Source: an uncultured Candidatus Rokubacteria bacterium
GTDB taxonomy: Bacteria; Methylomirabilota; Methylomirabilia; Rokubacteriales; CSP1-6
Length of the DNA stretch: 64,000 nucleotides
Direction of reading: 5' to 3'
NCBI GenBank assembly: GCA_963762145.1
Contig: CAVXJS010000021.1
Coordinates: forward strand, 576,001 to 640,000
Shown here: in pieces, positions 20,546 to 30,009 of the stretch
How positions within the stretch are numbered: the stretch's first letter is position 1
How the letters are laid out: every line of letters starts with the position of its first letter
Position numbers and translations under genes: made by a program
Notes under the pieces: generated by a model
Databases searched by the model: none
What the model was told of the DNA's origin: nothing
The model's input: the letters and a program-made list of their open reading frames with translations, nothing else

Positions 20546-21678
20546 ATTTCTCGTTCAGCGAAGATCAGACCCTGCTCCGGAGCTCCGTCCGCGCCGCGCT
20601 CGACGAGCAGTGCAAGCCCGCCCACGTGCGCGCGATGATGGAGGACGCCGGCTCCGGCTACAGCGACTCGCTGTGGGGCGAGATGGCCAAGCTCGGCTGG
20701 CTCGGCCTGCCGTTCGCCGAGGAGCAAGGCGGCGCGGGCCTGGGCCTGGTGGAGCTCGCGCTCGTGCTGGAGGAGATGGGCCGCGCCGCGTATCCCGGCC
20801 CCTACTTCGCCAGCGTGGTGCTGGCCGGGCTCGGCCTGCAGGCCGGCGGCAGCGCGGCTCAGCAGGAGCGGTGGCTGCCCGCCATCGCGTCCGGCCAGGC
20901 GCGCGGCACCGCGGCGCTGCTGGAGGACTCGCTCGACTGGGATCCCGCCACCACCACCGCGACGGCCACGAAGACCGGCACGGGCTTTCGCATCAGCGGC
21001 GTGAAGCGCTTCGTGCCGTGGGCCCACGTGGCCGACGTGGCGCTGATCCCCGCGCGCGCGCCCGAGGGCGTCTCGCTCTTCCTGGTGGACCCGCGCGCCG
21101 CCGGGGTCACGCTCACCCCCATGGTGGGCATCGATCTCGCCAACCGCTGGTCCGAGATGCGCCTCGACGACGTCGCGGTGCCCGCGGATGCCCTGATGGG
21201 CGCGGCGGGCGGCGCGGGCCCGGTGCTGGAGGGCCTGCTCCGCCGCGCGGCGGTCGGCGCCTCCGCCGAGATGCTGGGCGCGGCGCGCCGCTGCCTCGAC
21301 ATGAGCGTGGGCTACGCGAAGGTGCGCGAGCAGTTCGGCCAGCTCATCGGCTCGTTCCAGGCCATCCGCCACCGCTGCGCCGAGATGCTGCTCGAGGTGG
21401 AGAAGGCGCACGCCGCGGTGTACTACGCGGCCTGGGCGCTCAGCGCCGGCGCGGAGGACGCGACCATGGCCGCCTCGGTCTGCAAGTCGTTCGTGAGCGA
21501 GGCCGCGCGCCAGGTGTGCGGCGACGCCATCCAGGTCCACGGCGGCATCGGCTTCACCTGGGAGTACGATCTCCACCTCTACTTCAAGCGCGCCAAGGCG
21601 CTCGAGCCTCTCTACGGCGACGCCGCCTACCACCGCGAGCTGCTCATCCGGGGTCAGGTCTTACATTCCGACAAATGA
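20542..21678 (+). CDS. Acyl-CoA dehydrogenase (second subunit of a paired ACAD)
   Basis: REQFGQLIGSFQAIRH, IQVHGGIGFTWEYDLHLYFKRA; ATGA-coupled to the previous gene. Confidence 0.93.
   Translation: MNFSFSEDQTLLRSSVRAALDEQCKPAHVRAMMEDAGSGYSDSLWGEMAKLGWLGLPFAEEQGGAGLGLVELALVLEEMGRAAYPGPYFASVVLAGLGLQAGGSAAQQERWLPAIASGQARGTAALLEDSLDWDPATTTATATKTGTGFRISGVKRFVPWAHVADVALIPARAPEGVSLFLVDPRAAGVTLTPMVGIDLANRWSEMRLDDVAVPADALMGAAGGAGPVLEGLLRRAAVGASAEMLGAARRCLDMSVGYAKVREQFGQLIGSFQAIRHRCAEMLLEVEKAHAAVYYAAWALSAGAEDATMAASVCKSFVSEAARQVCGDAIQVHGGIGFTWEYDLHLYFKRAKALEPLYGDAAYHRELLIRGQVLHSDK
21650..21676 (+). repeat. Single degenerate arm of the GGGGTCAGGTCTT repeat forming the ACAD C-terminus
   Basis: ggggtcaggtcttacattccgacaaat versus ggggtcaggtcttgaattacgacattt at 23642. 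Confidence 0.7.
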
Positions 21679-22832
21679 CCGGCGCGCTGGATGGCATCCG
21701 CGTAATTGACCTGACCTCGTACATCGCGGGGTCGTACGGGGCGATGATGCTGGCGGACCTGGGCGCCGACGTCATCAAGGTGGAGGCGATCGAGGGCGAC
21801 TCGTTCCGCGAGCTGCCCGGCTTCTACGGCTGGAATCGCGGCAAGCGCTCGATCGCGGTCAACGTGAAGGACCCCGACGGCCGCGGCATCGTCCACCGCC
21901 TGGCCCGCGACGCCGACGTGGTCATGGAGAACATGCGCCCCGGCGTGGTCGAGCGATTGGGCGTGGACTACGAGACGCTCCGGGCGATCAACCCGCGGAT
22001 CATCTACGCGAGCGTGACCGCGTTCGGCTCCGACGGCCCCTACAAGGAGCGCCCGGGCTTCGATCCCCTGCTGCAGGCCATGGGCGGCGTCATGAGCCTG
22101 CAGGGTCTGGGCGCGACCCCCCAGTACCTGCGCATCGCGGTCACCGACTACTACTGCGCCTCGCTCAACTGCCAGATGGTGCTGGCCGCGCTGTTCGCGC
22201 GCGAGCGCACCGGCCGAGGGCAGCGCGTGCAGACCTCGTTGCTACAGGCGGTGCTCGCGCTGCAGTCCGGGAACGTGGTGGCCTATCCGGGCCACGAGGT
22301 CGTCTACCGCCCGACGCCGACCTACCGCCTCTACCAGGGCAGCGACGGGCAGTGGTTCTTCCTGGCCGTCGGCAACCAATCGTTCTGGGTGAAGCTCTGC
22401 AAGACGGTCGGCCGCGAGGATCTGGCCCAGGATCCGCGCTTCGGCTCCTGGTTCTCCCGGCGCGACAACGCCGACGCGCTGATGCCGCTGCTCGAGGAGG
22501 CGTTCGGGTCCAAGCCCGCGGCGGAGTGGGTGCGCATCCTGACCGAGAGCGACATCCCGGCCGCGGCGACCCAGTCGCTCCAGGAGTTCATGCGCGATCC
22601 CGCGGTGCTCCATCACAAGATGATCGTCGAGTACGACCACCCGGAGCTGGGCCCGCTCTCCCTGATGGGCCAGCCGATCCGGTTCTCCGAGACCCAGGCC
22701 CCCGACGCGGGCCCGCCGCCGCTCCTCGGCCAGCACACCGCCGAGGTGCTGCGCGAGGCGGGCTACGCCGACCCCGAGATCGCCGAGCTGCGCCGCCGCG
22801 GCGTCGTCGCCGGCAAGGACACGCCCGCATGA
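21675..22832 (+). CDS. Family III CoA-transferase (CaiB/BaiF)
   Basis: LDGIRVIDL, LADLGADVIKVE, NRGKRSI, ENMRPG, RPGFD, PPLLGQHT. Confidence 0.95.
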   Translation: MTGALDGIRVIDLTSYIAGSYGAMMLADLGADVIKVEAIEGDSFRELPGFYGWNRGKRSIAVNVKDPDGRGIVHRLARDADVVMENMRPGVVERLGVDYETLRAINPRIIYASVTAFGSDGPYKERPGFDPLLQAMGGVMSLQGLGATPQYLRIAVTDYYCASLNCQMVLAALFARERTGRGQRVQTSLLQAVLALQSGNVVAYPGHEVVYRPTPTYRLYQGSDGQWFFLAVGNQSFWVKLCKTVGREDLAQDPRFGSWFSRRDNADALMPLLEEAFGSKPAAEWVRILTESDIPAAATQSLQEFMRDPAVLHHKMIVEYDHPELGPLSLMGQPIRFSETQAPDAGPPPLLGQHTAEVLREAGYADPEIAELRRRGVVAGKDTPA

Positions 22833-23641
22833 CCAACGCAAAATCCGACCGAGCGACCACCAAGTACGAGGCCATCCGCTACGAGCAGGCCGACGGCGTG
22901 GCCACCATCACCTTGAACCGGCCCGACGTGCACAACGCGATGAACCAGGCGATGCGCCGCGAGCTGCTCGAGGTGTTCACGCACCTGCGCACCGACGACA
23001 CGGTGCGCGCGGTGGTGGTGATGGGCGGCGGCGACAAGGCCTTCTCGGCGGGCGCCGACATCCGCGAGTTCCTGGAGCCGCCGGTGCCCACCCAGTTCCG
23101 CGAGGCGCGCCGGCGCGTGGACTTCCGCCGCGAGATGGAGCGCTGTTCCCAGCCCATCATCGCGGCGATCCGCGGCTACGCCTTCGGCGGCGGGCTCGAG
23201 CTGGCCCTGGCCTGCGACATCCGGGTCGCCGCGGAGGACGCGCAGCTCGGCCTCACCGAGATCAACCTCGCGATCATTCCGGGCGGCGGCGGCACCCAGC
23301 GGCTGCCGCGGCTCGTGGGCCGGGGCAAGGCGCTCGAGATGATCCTCACCGGCATGCGCATCCCGGCCGCGGAGGCGCTGCGCATCGGCCTGGTGGAGCG
23401 CGTGGTGCCGCTCGCGGAGCACCCGTCCGCCGCGCAGGCGCTGGCCCGCACGATCGCGGACAAGGCGCCGGTGGCGCTGCGCTACGCGAAGGAAGCGGTG
23501 GTGGGCGGCATCGGGATGACGCTCGAGGACGGCATCCGCCTCGAGAACGACCTCGCCACCCTCCTCCGCACCACCGAGGACCGCATCGAGGGCGCCAAGG
23601 CCTTCGTGGAGAAACGCAAACCCCGCTGGACCGGTAAGTAA
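22829..23641 (+). CDS. Enoyl-CoA hydratase/isomerase
   Basis: LNRPDVHNA, FSAGADI, GGGLELALACDIR, EINLAIIPGGGGTQRLPRLVG. Confidence 0.95.
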   Translation: MTNAKSDRATTKYEAIRYEQADGVATITLNRPDVHNAMNQAMRRELLEVFTHLRTDDTVRAVVVMGGGDKAFSAGADIREFLEPPVPTQFREARRRVDFRREMERCSQPIIAAIRGYAFGGGLELALACDIRVAAEDAQLGLTEINLAIIPGGGGTQRLPRLVGRGKALEMILTGMRIPAAEALRIGLVERVVPLAEHPSAAQALARTIADKAPVALRYAKEAVVGGIGMTLEDGIRLENDLATLLRTTEDRIEGAKAFVEKRKPRWTGK

Positions 23642-23725
23642 GGGGTCAGGTCTTGAATTACGACATTTCCGCGCGCGAGGCGACGCCTCCCTCGGTGAAA
23701 ATGTCGTAATTCAAGACCTGACCCC
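23642..23725. repeat. 84-bp element with perfect 27-bp terminal inverted repeats (REP/MITE-like; may also act as a bidirectional terminator)
   Basis: GGGGTCAGGTCTTGAATTACGACATTT (23642-23668) and AAATGTCGTAATTCAAGACCTGACCCC (23699-23725), between convergent genes. Confidence 0.9.
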
Positions 23726-23728
23726 GGC

Positions 23729-24580
23729 CTAGCGCGGGGTGTCGCCCGCCAGCGTCACGCGATGCATGAGGCGCTTGAAGCCGGCGTAGTCGTTCACCGC
23801 GTTGTGCTGGACGCAGCGGTTGTCCCAGAACGCGATGGAGCCGGGCTGCCACTGGAAGCGGCAGGTCAGCTCGGGCCGCACCTGGTGCTGGAAGAGATAC
23901 GCGAGCAGCGGCGCGCTCTCCTCCTCCGTCCAGCCCTGGAAGCGCGCGGTGTGGCCGTGGTTGACGTAGAGCGCCTTGCGCCCCGTCTCCGGGTGCGTGC
24001 GCGCCACCGGGTGCTCGCTCGTCAGCACCTTCATCTCGACGCCGGCCGCCTTCAGCCGGTCCTCGCGCGTCTTCGACGCCTCCGCCTTGGTCGAGGTGTT
24101 GACGCCGACCAGCCCGTCGAGCGCGCGGCGCAGGCCCTCCGAGAGCGTCTCGTAGGCGGTGTACTGGTTGGCGAAGATGGTGTCGCCCCCGTAGGGCGGG
24201 ATCTCCACCGCGTAGAGCATGCTCGCCATCGGCGGCTGCGCGAGATACGTGGTGTCGGAATGCCACACCCCGCCGAAGTTGATCTGCTCGTGCGCCAGCT
24301 TGACCACCGGCGTGATCAGCGGGCACTCCGGCAGGCCCTTGAGCTGCGGGTACTCCATCGGCTCGCCGAAGCGCCGGGCGAACGCGAGCTGCTCGTGCGG
24401 GGTCACCTTCTGGTCGCGGAAGAAGATCACCAGGTGGTCGAGATAGGCGTGCCGGATCTCCGCGATGACCGCGTCGTCGAGGGCGGCCGCCACGTTGACA
24501 CCGCGGATCTCCGCGCCGAGCGCGCCGGCCACCGGCTGCACCTCGATGTGTCGATATCTCCCGGCCTGGTTGCGCGGCAT
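23729..24580 (-). CDS. TauD/TfdA family alpha-ketoglutarate-dependent dioxygenase
   Basis: GAEIRGV, WHSDTTY, GGDTIFAN, HPVARTHPETGRKALYVN, WDNRCVQH, MHRVT. Confidence 0.93.
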   Translation of the reverse strand: MPRNQAGRYRHIEVQPVAGALGAEIRGVNVAAALDDAVIAEIRHAYLDHLVIFFRDQKVTPHEQLAFARRFGEPMEYPQLKGLPECPLITPVVKLAHEQINFGGVWHSDTTYLAQPPMASMLYAVEIPPYGGDTIFANQYTAYETLSEGLRRALDGLVGVNTSTKAEASKTREDRLKAAGVEMKVLTSEHPVARTHPETGRKALYVNHGHTARFQGWTEEESAPLLAYLFQHQVRPELTCRFQWQPGSIAFWDNRCVQHNAVNDYAGFKRLMHRVTLAGDTPR

Positions 24581-24600
24581 GAGGCCTCCTGGATTCCCGC

Positions 24601-25527
24601 CTACAGCGAGTTGAAGTGCTCGGCCATCCGCCGGCGGAGCGCGGCGTCCGGCAGCGGCCCCGACAGCGCGCCCAGATTGTCCGCCACGTGGCGGGGATTG
24701 CGCGTCCCCGGGATGACGCACGTGACCGCGGGCTGGGCCACGATCCACTTCAGGAAGAACTGCGCCCAGCTCGCCGCCCCCGCCTCCTTGGCCCACTCCG
24801 GCAGCGGGCGGCCCTTCACCCGGCGGAACATCGCGCCCTCCGCGAAGGGCCGGTTGACGATCACCGCGGTGCCCGCCTCCGCCGCGACGCCGAGCAGCCG
24901 CCGCTCCGCCTCCGGCTCGGCCAGGGAGAAGTTCACCTGCACGAAGTCGATGTCGCCCTTCCGGACGAGCTGCTCCAGATCGCCGTGCGCGCCCGCGTGG
25001 TAGTGCGTGATGCCGAGGTAGCGGACGCGCCCGGCCGCCTTCCAGTCCCGCAGCGTGGCCAGATGCGTCGGCGTGTCCACCAGGTTGTGCACCTGCATGA
25101 GATCGAGGCGATCCACACGCAGCTTCCGCATCGAATCCTCCATCTGGCGGATGCCCGCCTGCTTGCCGCTCGTCCACACCTTGGTGGCCACGAAGAGCTT
25201 GGGCCGCACGCCCAGCTCGGCGGCCAGCTGGCCGGTCACCTGCTCGGAGGAGCCGTACATCGGCGAGCTGTCCACCATGCGCCCGCCGCCTTCCACGAAG
25301 ACGCGGAGCGTCTCCCTGGCCTGCGCCAGCTCCTTGGCGTCGCCGGCCACGTCGAAGACCTGCCAGGTGCCGAGCCCCACCGCGGGCAGCGCCTCGCCGG
25401 ACTTCGGGATGCGTCGCTCCAGCAGCCCCTGCCCGCGCGACTCGGCCGGCATCACCAGCGCGCCCAGGAGCGCGCCGGCGGTCGCGAGGAAGGCGCGACG
25501 GGAGACCGGACGGGCGTCCACACTCAC
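24601..25527 (-). CDS. Aldo/keto reductase with Tat signal
   Basis: SRRAFL leader; GLGTW, DSSPMYG, ATKVW, DLMQVHNL, IPGTRNPRH. Confidence 0.92.
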   Translation of the reverse strand: MSVDARPVSRRAFLATAGALLGALVMPAESRGQGLLERRIPKSGEALPAVGLGTWQVFDVAGDAKELAQARETLRVFVEGGGRMVDSSPMYGSSEQVTGQLAAELGVRPKLFVATKVWTSGKQAGIRQMEDSMRKLRVDRLDLMQVHNLVDTPTHLATLRDWKAAGRVRYLGITHYHAGAHGDLEQLVRKGDIDFVQVNFSLAEPEAERRLLGVAAEAGTAVIVNRPFAEGAMFRRVKGRPLPEWAKEAGAASWAQFFLKWIVAQPAVTCVIPGTRNPRHVADNLGALSGPLPDAALRRRMAEHFNSL

Positions 25528-26336
25528 ACGCTCCCGTCCGCGAGACCGGCGATCAGGGCGGCAACGGCGTCGGCGTGGGTGGTGGTCATGGCGTGGTTGG
25601 CGTTCTCGAGCGTCCTGATCATACCGCGCGGCGCGTGCGAGGCAATGGCCTCCACGATCCGGCCCGTCATCGCCGGGCTCCGCGAGCCGACCGCGCAGAG
25701 GACCGGCATGGCCAGGCCCCGCAGGGCCGCCGCCGAGTACGGGTCGCGAAACGTCGCGCGGACGTCGCGCACGTTGTGCCCGGTGTGGGCGACCAGGAAC
25801 TCGCGCATCGGCGGGGGCATCTGATCGAGCGCGCCCGCGCCGAACCAGTAGTCCACCATGATCCGGACCGCGCCGGGGTCGCCGCGCTCGAAGGCCGCGC
25901 AGTAGCCCTCGAACAGCGCCTGGGCGGCGGCGAAGGCTTCCGTCTCGCCCACCGCGGCCAGCACCGGGATCGCCACCGGCTCGAACAGCGCCAGCCCCCG
26001 CGGCTCCACCCGTCCGCGCAGCGCGGTCTGGAGCGCCACCGCGCCGCCGTACGAATGCCCGGCCAGCACCGCGGGCGGGCCGACCTCCGCGATCAGCGCC
26101 TCGATCAGCCCCGCCGCGTACGAGCTGTCGCCCGGCCCGTCGTCGCGCGGGCGGCTCGTGCCTCCGTACCCGGGCAGGTTCGGCGAGATCACGCGGAAGC
26201 GCGGGGCGAGCCGATCCGCCACCGGCTGCCAGGCGCGCGACGTCCCGGGCGACCCGTGCACCAGCACGATCACCGGACCCTGGCCGGCGTCGTCGTAAGC
26301 GACCGCGTCCGCGTCGGAGATCCGGAGCGTGGGCAT
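25524..26336 (-). CDS. Alpha/beta hydrolase
   Basis: LVHG, GHSYGG nucleophile elbow, ANH. Confidence 0.88.
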   Translation of the reverse strand: MPTLRISDADAVAYDDAGQGPVIVLVHGSPGTSRAWQPVADRLAPRFRVISPNLPGYGGTSRPRDDGPGDSSYAAGLIEALIAEVGPPAVLAGHSYGGAVALQTALRGRVEPRGLALFEPVAIPVLAAVGETEAFAAAQALFEGYCAAFERGDPGAVRIMVDYWFGAGALDQMPPPMREFLVAHTGHNVRDVRATFRDPYSAAALRGLAMPVLCAVGSRSPAMTGRIVEAIASHAPRGMIRTLENANHAMTTTHADAVAALIAGLADGSV

Positions 26337-26342
26337 CCGGCC

Positions 26343-26819
26343 CTACCGCGCGCCCCGCGAGGGGGCGACCACGATGGGGTCACCCACGCCGGGCGGCACC
26401 ACGAAGGCGAAGCGGCAGTCCGGCGCGAAGCGGTCGTCGAAGCCCTCGAGCCCCAGCTCGCGCCGCCCCGCGTTGCTCCAGAGCGAGAGCACGTCGCGGC
26501 GCCCGAAATAGCCGACCCAGGGCTCGTGCAGGAAGACGATGGGGTGCGCCCGCTGCGCCTCCGGATGCTCGGCGCCGAAGTGGAGCGCGTCCTCGTAGAT
26601 CGGGCGGGCGAGGCCGCGGCGGGCCGCCTCGGCCAGCGCGTCCGACGCGGTCACCGCGCGGTCGAACCCGAGGAGGACGATCTCCGCGGGCCCGGGCGCC
26701 GCCGTGCGCGCCGGGAAGTTCTCGGACGTCACGCAAGAGTGCGCGTACCCGTACCCGCCGGCCTCCACGAGCTGCTCGGTGGAGCCCCGGCCGGCCCGTG
26801 TGATCCGGTAGCGCGTCAC
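26343..26819 (-). CDS. Hypothetical protein
   Basis: GTG start overlapping the upstream stop; globular composition (ALHFGAEHPEAQRAHPIVFL...CRFAFV). Confidence 0.6.
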   Translation of the reverse strand: MTRYRITRAGRGSTEQLVEAGGYGYAHSCVTSENFPARTAAPGPAEIVLLGFDRAVTASDALAEAARRGLARPIYEDALHFGAEHPEAQRAHPIVFLHEPWVGYFGRRDVLSLWSNAGRRELGLEGFDDRFAPDCRFAFVVPPGVGDPIVVAPSRGAR

Positions 26820-27538
26820 GCGATCTCGAGCGCCAGATCGAAGGTGGCCGCGTAGCCGGGCGCCGCGGGCGTCACCGCGAGCGTGAGCTGGGCGCCCGCG
26901 TTGCGAAAGATGCCGTCCCGCTGGTTGCGCAGGCGCTGCTCGCCTCGCCCCGCGTACGGCGGCCGGGCGAACACCTGGTCGCTGAGCGCGTCGTCGAAGA
27001 AGACCTGCGACGTGAAGTCGTGCACCCGGCCCCCGGCCGCCGCCGAGCGGACCTTGAAGTGGATGTGCACGGCCCGGCCACGGTACGCGCCCGGGTAGAT
27101 CGTGGTGAACCGGACCAGGCCCTCGCCGTCGGTCGTCTGGTAGCCGCGCAGGAACTTCTTGCCGAGCGTGGCGCCGCCCGGATCCTGCACGTCCGAATAG
27201 ACGCCGAGCGCGTCGCAGTGCCAGAGGTCCACCGTGGCGCCGGGCAGCGGCGCGCACGCGCCGCGGGTGAGGCGCGAAACGCGCAGGGTCAGCTGGAGCG
27301 GCGCGCCGGGCCGCACGCTGCCGTCGGCCGGGTCGGAGCGGATGTCCGAGCGATTGAGCTTCTCGTCCACGAAGTACGGGCCCTCGGTCAGCGCGGGGCG
27401 CGCCACGCAGGTGGGCGTCCCGGCCGCCTGGGCCAGGGCGGCCCCGGGGGCGATGGCGGTGAGCCCGCCCGCCGCCAGGAGCGCGAGCGCCTCGCGCCGT
27501 GTCAGGACCGATCCAGCCGGCCGGTCGTCGTCAGTCAT
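26816..27538 (-). CDS. Intradiol ring-cleavage dioxygenase family protein (Tat-exported)
   Basis: TRREAL; TEGPYF, DLWHCDALGVYS, FLRGYQ, TIYPGAYRGRAVHIHFK. Confidence 0.9.
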   Translation of the reverse strand: MTDDDRPAGSVLTRREALALLAAGGLTAIAPGAALAQAAGTPTCVARPALTEGPYFVDEKLNRSDIRSDPADGSVRPGAPLQLTLRVSRLTRGACAPLPGATVDLWHCDALGVYSDVQDPGGATLGKKFLRGYQTTDGEGLVRFTTIYPGAYRGRAVHIHFKVRSAAAGGRVHDFTSQVFFDDALSDQVFARPPYAGRGEQRLRNQRDGIFRNAGAQLTLAVTPAAPGYAATFDLALEIA

Positions 27539-27550
27539 CGCACTCTCCCC

Positions 27551-28050
27551 TCACAGGCTCGCGAACGCCGCGTGGTACCGGATCGTGCCGGTAGCGCCCC
27601 GCAGCGCGCCGGGCCGCAGCTCCAGCACCATGAACGCCTCGGTCGGTACATCGTACTCACAGCCGAGGCCGGTCCGCACGCCGGGAGCGAAGCCGAAGCG
27701 CGGATAGTACTCGGGGTGGCCGAGGACCACCACCGCGTCGGCGGGAAGCCGCCGGCACGCCTCCAGGCCCGCGTGCACCAGCCCGGAGCCGATGCCGGAC
27801 CGCTGCCGGGCCGGCGCCACCGCCATCGGCGCCAGGCCCATCAGCGCGAGGGCGGGATGGCCGGGCAGCGTGACCGGCGAGAACAGGATGTGGCCGACGA
27901 TCACGCCGGCATCCTCCGCGACCAGCGACACGAGCGGCCGGGCCCGCGCGCGCAGCGCGTCCACCAGGTCGGCCTCGGCCGGCGTCTCGAACGCCGCGAC
28001 GTTGACGGCGCGGACGCCGCCTGGTCTCCCGCCCGCTCCGTCCGGATCAG
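27551..28050 (-). CDS. GNAT N-acetyltransferase (YhbS-like), frameshift near 28015, start unclear
   Basis: LIRTERAGD..AFETPAEADLVDALR; IVGHILFSPV, LAPMAVAPARQRSGIG, LGHPEYYPRFGF. Confidence 0.85.
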
Positions 28051-28997
28051 CGGAAGAGCGGGACGCACGCGGCCGCGATCTGCTCGACGTGCCGGTGATC
28101 GGTGCCGCAGCAGCCGCCCATGACGTTCAACCGCGGCAGGCGCCGCTTCAGCTCCGCGTACTCCCGGCCGAGCTCGGCCGGATCGCCGATATCGAGCACG
28201 GTCGCCTCGTTCAGCTCGGCGTGGCTCTGGCGCGAGGCGTTCGCGCGCAGGCCGCGCACCCGCTGCGCCCACGGCTGCGTGCCGTCCAGCACGCGCTCGA
28301 AATGGGTCGGGTGCGCGCAGTTGATCATGTAGTAGGCGGGATAGGCCGCCGTCTCGGCGTCCACCCGCTGGATCGCGGCCGGCAGCGTGTCTCCGGTAGG
28401 CAGGCGCCCGTCAGTCTCCACCGTGAAGGAGATCACCGCCGGCACGCCTGCGCGGCGCGCCGCGCGCGTGATCCCGATGGCCTCCTCGACGTAGTTCATC
28501 GTGATCGCGGTCACGAGGTCGGCGGCGGTGTCGGCGAAGACCCCGATCTGCTCCGCGTGATAGGACTCCGCCTCCTCGATCGACATCAGGGTCGTCAGGT
28601 TGTAGCCGTCCCCGCGCGGCCCGACGCAGCCGCTGACCACCGTCCGCGTCCCGGCCTCCTCGATCTCGCCGCGCAGCCCCTCGAGCTGGCGGACGGCCGC
28701 GCGATTGAGCCGCGCCAGCTCGGCGGGCGTGTGGCCCAGGCGCGCGGCCCAGTCCCGGCTGGCCCGCCAGGTCGCGGATTCGAGGATGAGCCCCACGCCG
28801 AAGCGCCGCGCGACGGCGCCGTACGCGCGAAAATACTTCAGGAGCGCCGCTTCGCCATCGGGCCGATCGAGCAGCGCATAGGCGGCGAAGTCGGGCAGCT
28901 CGAGCCCATCGTGAAAGATCAGGGTGGTCTCGATGCCCCCGTCGGTGACGAAGAGATCCCCGCCGAGCTGCGGCAAGCCGTCGCGATACCGAGCCAT
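28047..28997 (-). CDS. Homocysteine S-methyltransferase family
   Basis: TDGGIET, GPRGDGY, INCAHP, GGCCGTD (Zn ligands). Confidence 0.92.
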   Translation of the reverse strand: MARYRDGLPQLGGDLFVTDGGIETTLIFHDGLELPDFAAYALLDRPDGEAALLKYFRAYGAVARRFGVGLILESATWRASRDWAARLGHTPAELARLNRAAVRQLEGLRGEIEEAGTRTVVSGCVGPRGDGYNLTTLMSIEEAESYHAEQIGVFADTAADLVTAITMNYVEEAIGITRAARRAGVPAVISFTVETDGRLPTGDTLPAAIQRVDAETAAYPAYYMINCAHPTHFERVLDGTQPWAQRVRGLRANASRQSHAELNEATVLDIGDPAELGREYAELKRRLPRLNVMGGCCGTDHRHVEQIAAACVPLFR

Positions 28998-29016
28998 GGC
29001 CGATGATCTTAACGCG

Positions 29017-30009
29017 CTACGCGCCGAGGCGGGGACGGATCACGCGCTCGAAGGCTTCCACCTCGCCCTCGGGCATCTCGTACCCGCCGGCCAGGTCGTG
29101 GGCCGGGAACAGGAACACCTCCTCGACCCCGGCTTCCTCCCGCGCCCGGAGCAGACGCTCCGCGCAGCGCTCGGGGGGCCCGAAGAGGCCGAACGCGTCG
29201 GCGATCCGCCGCGCCCGCGTCTCGTCGATCGCCGCGGGGTCGAAGGGCTCGCGGAGCTCGACGCCGGCCTCGGCCAGCCAACGCAGATTCGACGCGCTCG
29301 GATACGCGAGGAAGGGCTGGCCGGGCGCGAACCAGCTCCGTACCCACCGCACGCCCACGGCCGCGTCGCCCAGGCCCAGGGTGACCACGAAGACCACCGG
29401 GAACCCGGCGAGCGAGCGGCCGGCGCGCCGCGCCCCCTCCTCCAGATGGCCCCGCGCGGCGCGGATCGCCGCCGGGTCGAGGCCAACCATGAGGAACGCC
29501 CCGTCGGCGATCTCCCCGGCCAGCTCCATCATGCGCGGGCCGGCGGCCAGCAGGTAGACGGGCGTGGGCGTGGCGCTCCGGTTCCGGAGGCGCGTGGACG
29601 CCGAGCCGAAGTCCACGAGGTCGCCGGCCAGGAGCCGCCGGAGCTCCCCGATCGCCTGGCGCATGACGGCCACCGAGGCGCGCGGCTTCCCCACGCTCCG
29701 CGTCGAGATGAAGCCCGGCGCGACCGTGAGCATCGCGCGGCCGGGCGCGATCTCGTCCAGGCTGTGCGCGAGCGAGGCGAGCACCAGCGGATGCCGCACC
29801 ACGGGGCTCGACGTGGCCGGGAACAGCCGCAGCCGCCGCGTGGCCTGGGCGGCGAGGGCCAGCGCCAGGTAGACGTCGCGGCCGCTCGACGGATGGTCGT
29901 GGATGCCGACGCCGTCGAGGCCCGCATCCTCGCAGCGAGCGACGAACGCGGCCAGCTCGGGCAGCGGCCGGCCGACGGGGACGCGCAGGTTGACGCGCAC
30001 GCGGGTCAT
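29017..30009 (-). CDS. LLM-class flavin/F420-dependent oxidoreductase
   Basis: RHPLVLASLAHSLDEIAPGR, PVYLLAAGPRMMELAGEIADG. Confidence 0.88.
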   Translation of the reverse strand: MTRVRVNLRVPVGRPLPELAAFVARCEDAGLDGVGIHDHPSSGRDVYLALALAAQATRRLRLFPATSSPVVRHPLVLASLAHSLDEIAPGRAMLTVAPGFISTRSVGKPRASVAVMRQAIGELRRLLAGDLVDFGSASTRLRNRSATPTPVYLLAAGPRMMELAGEIADGAFLMVGLDPAAIRAARGHLEEGARRAGRSLAGFPVVFVVTLGLGDAAVGVRWVRSWFAPGQPFLAYPSASNLRWLAEAGVELREPFDPAAIDETRARRIADAFGLFGPPERCAERLLRAREEAGVEEVFLFPAHDLAGGYEMPEGEVEAFERVIRPRLGA

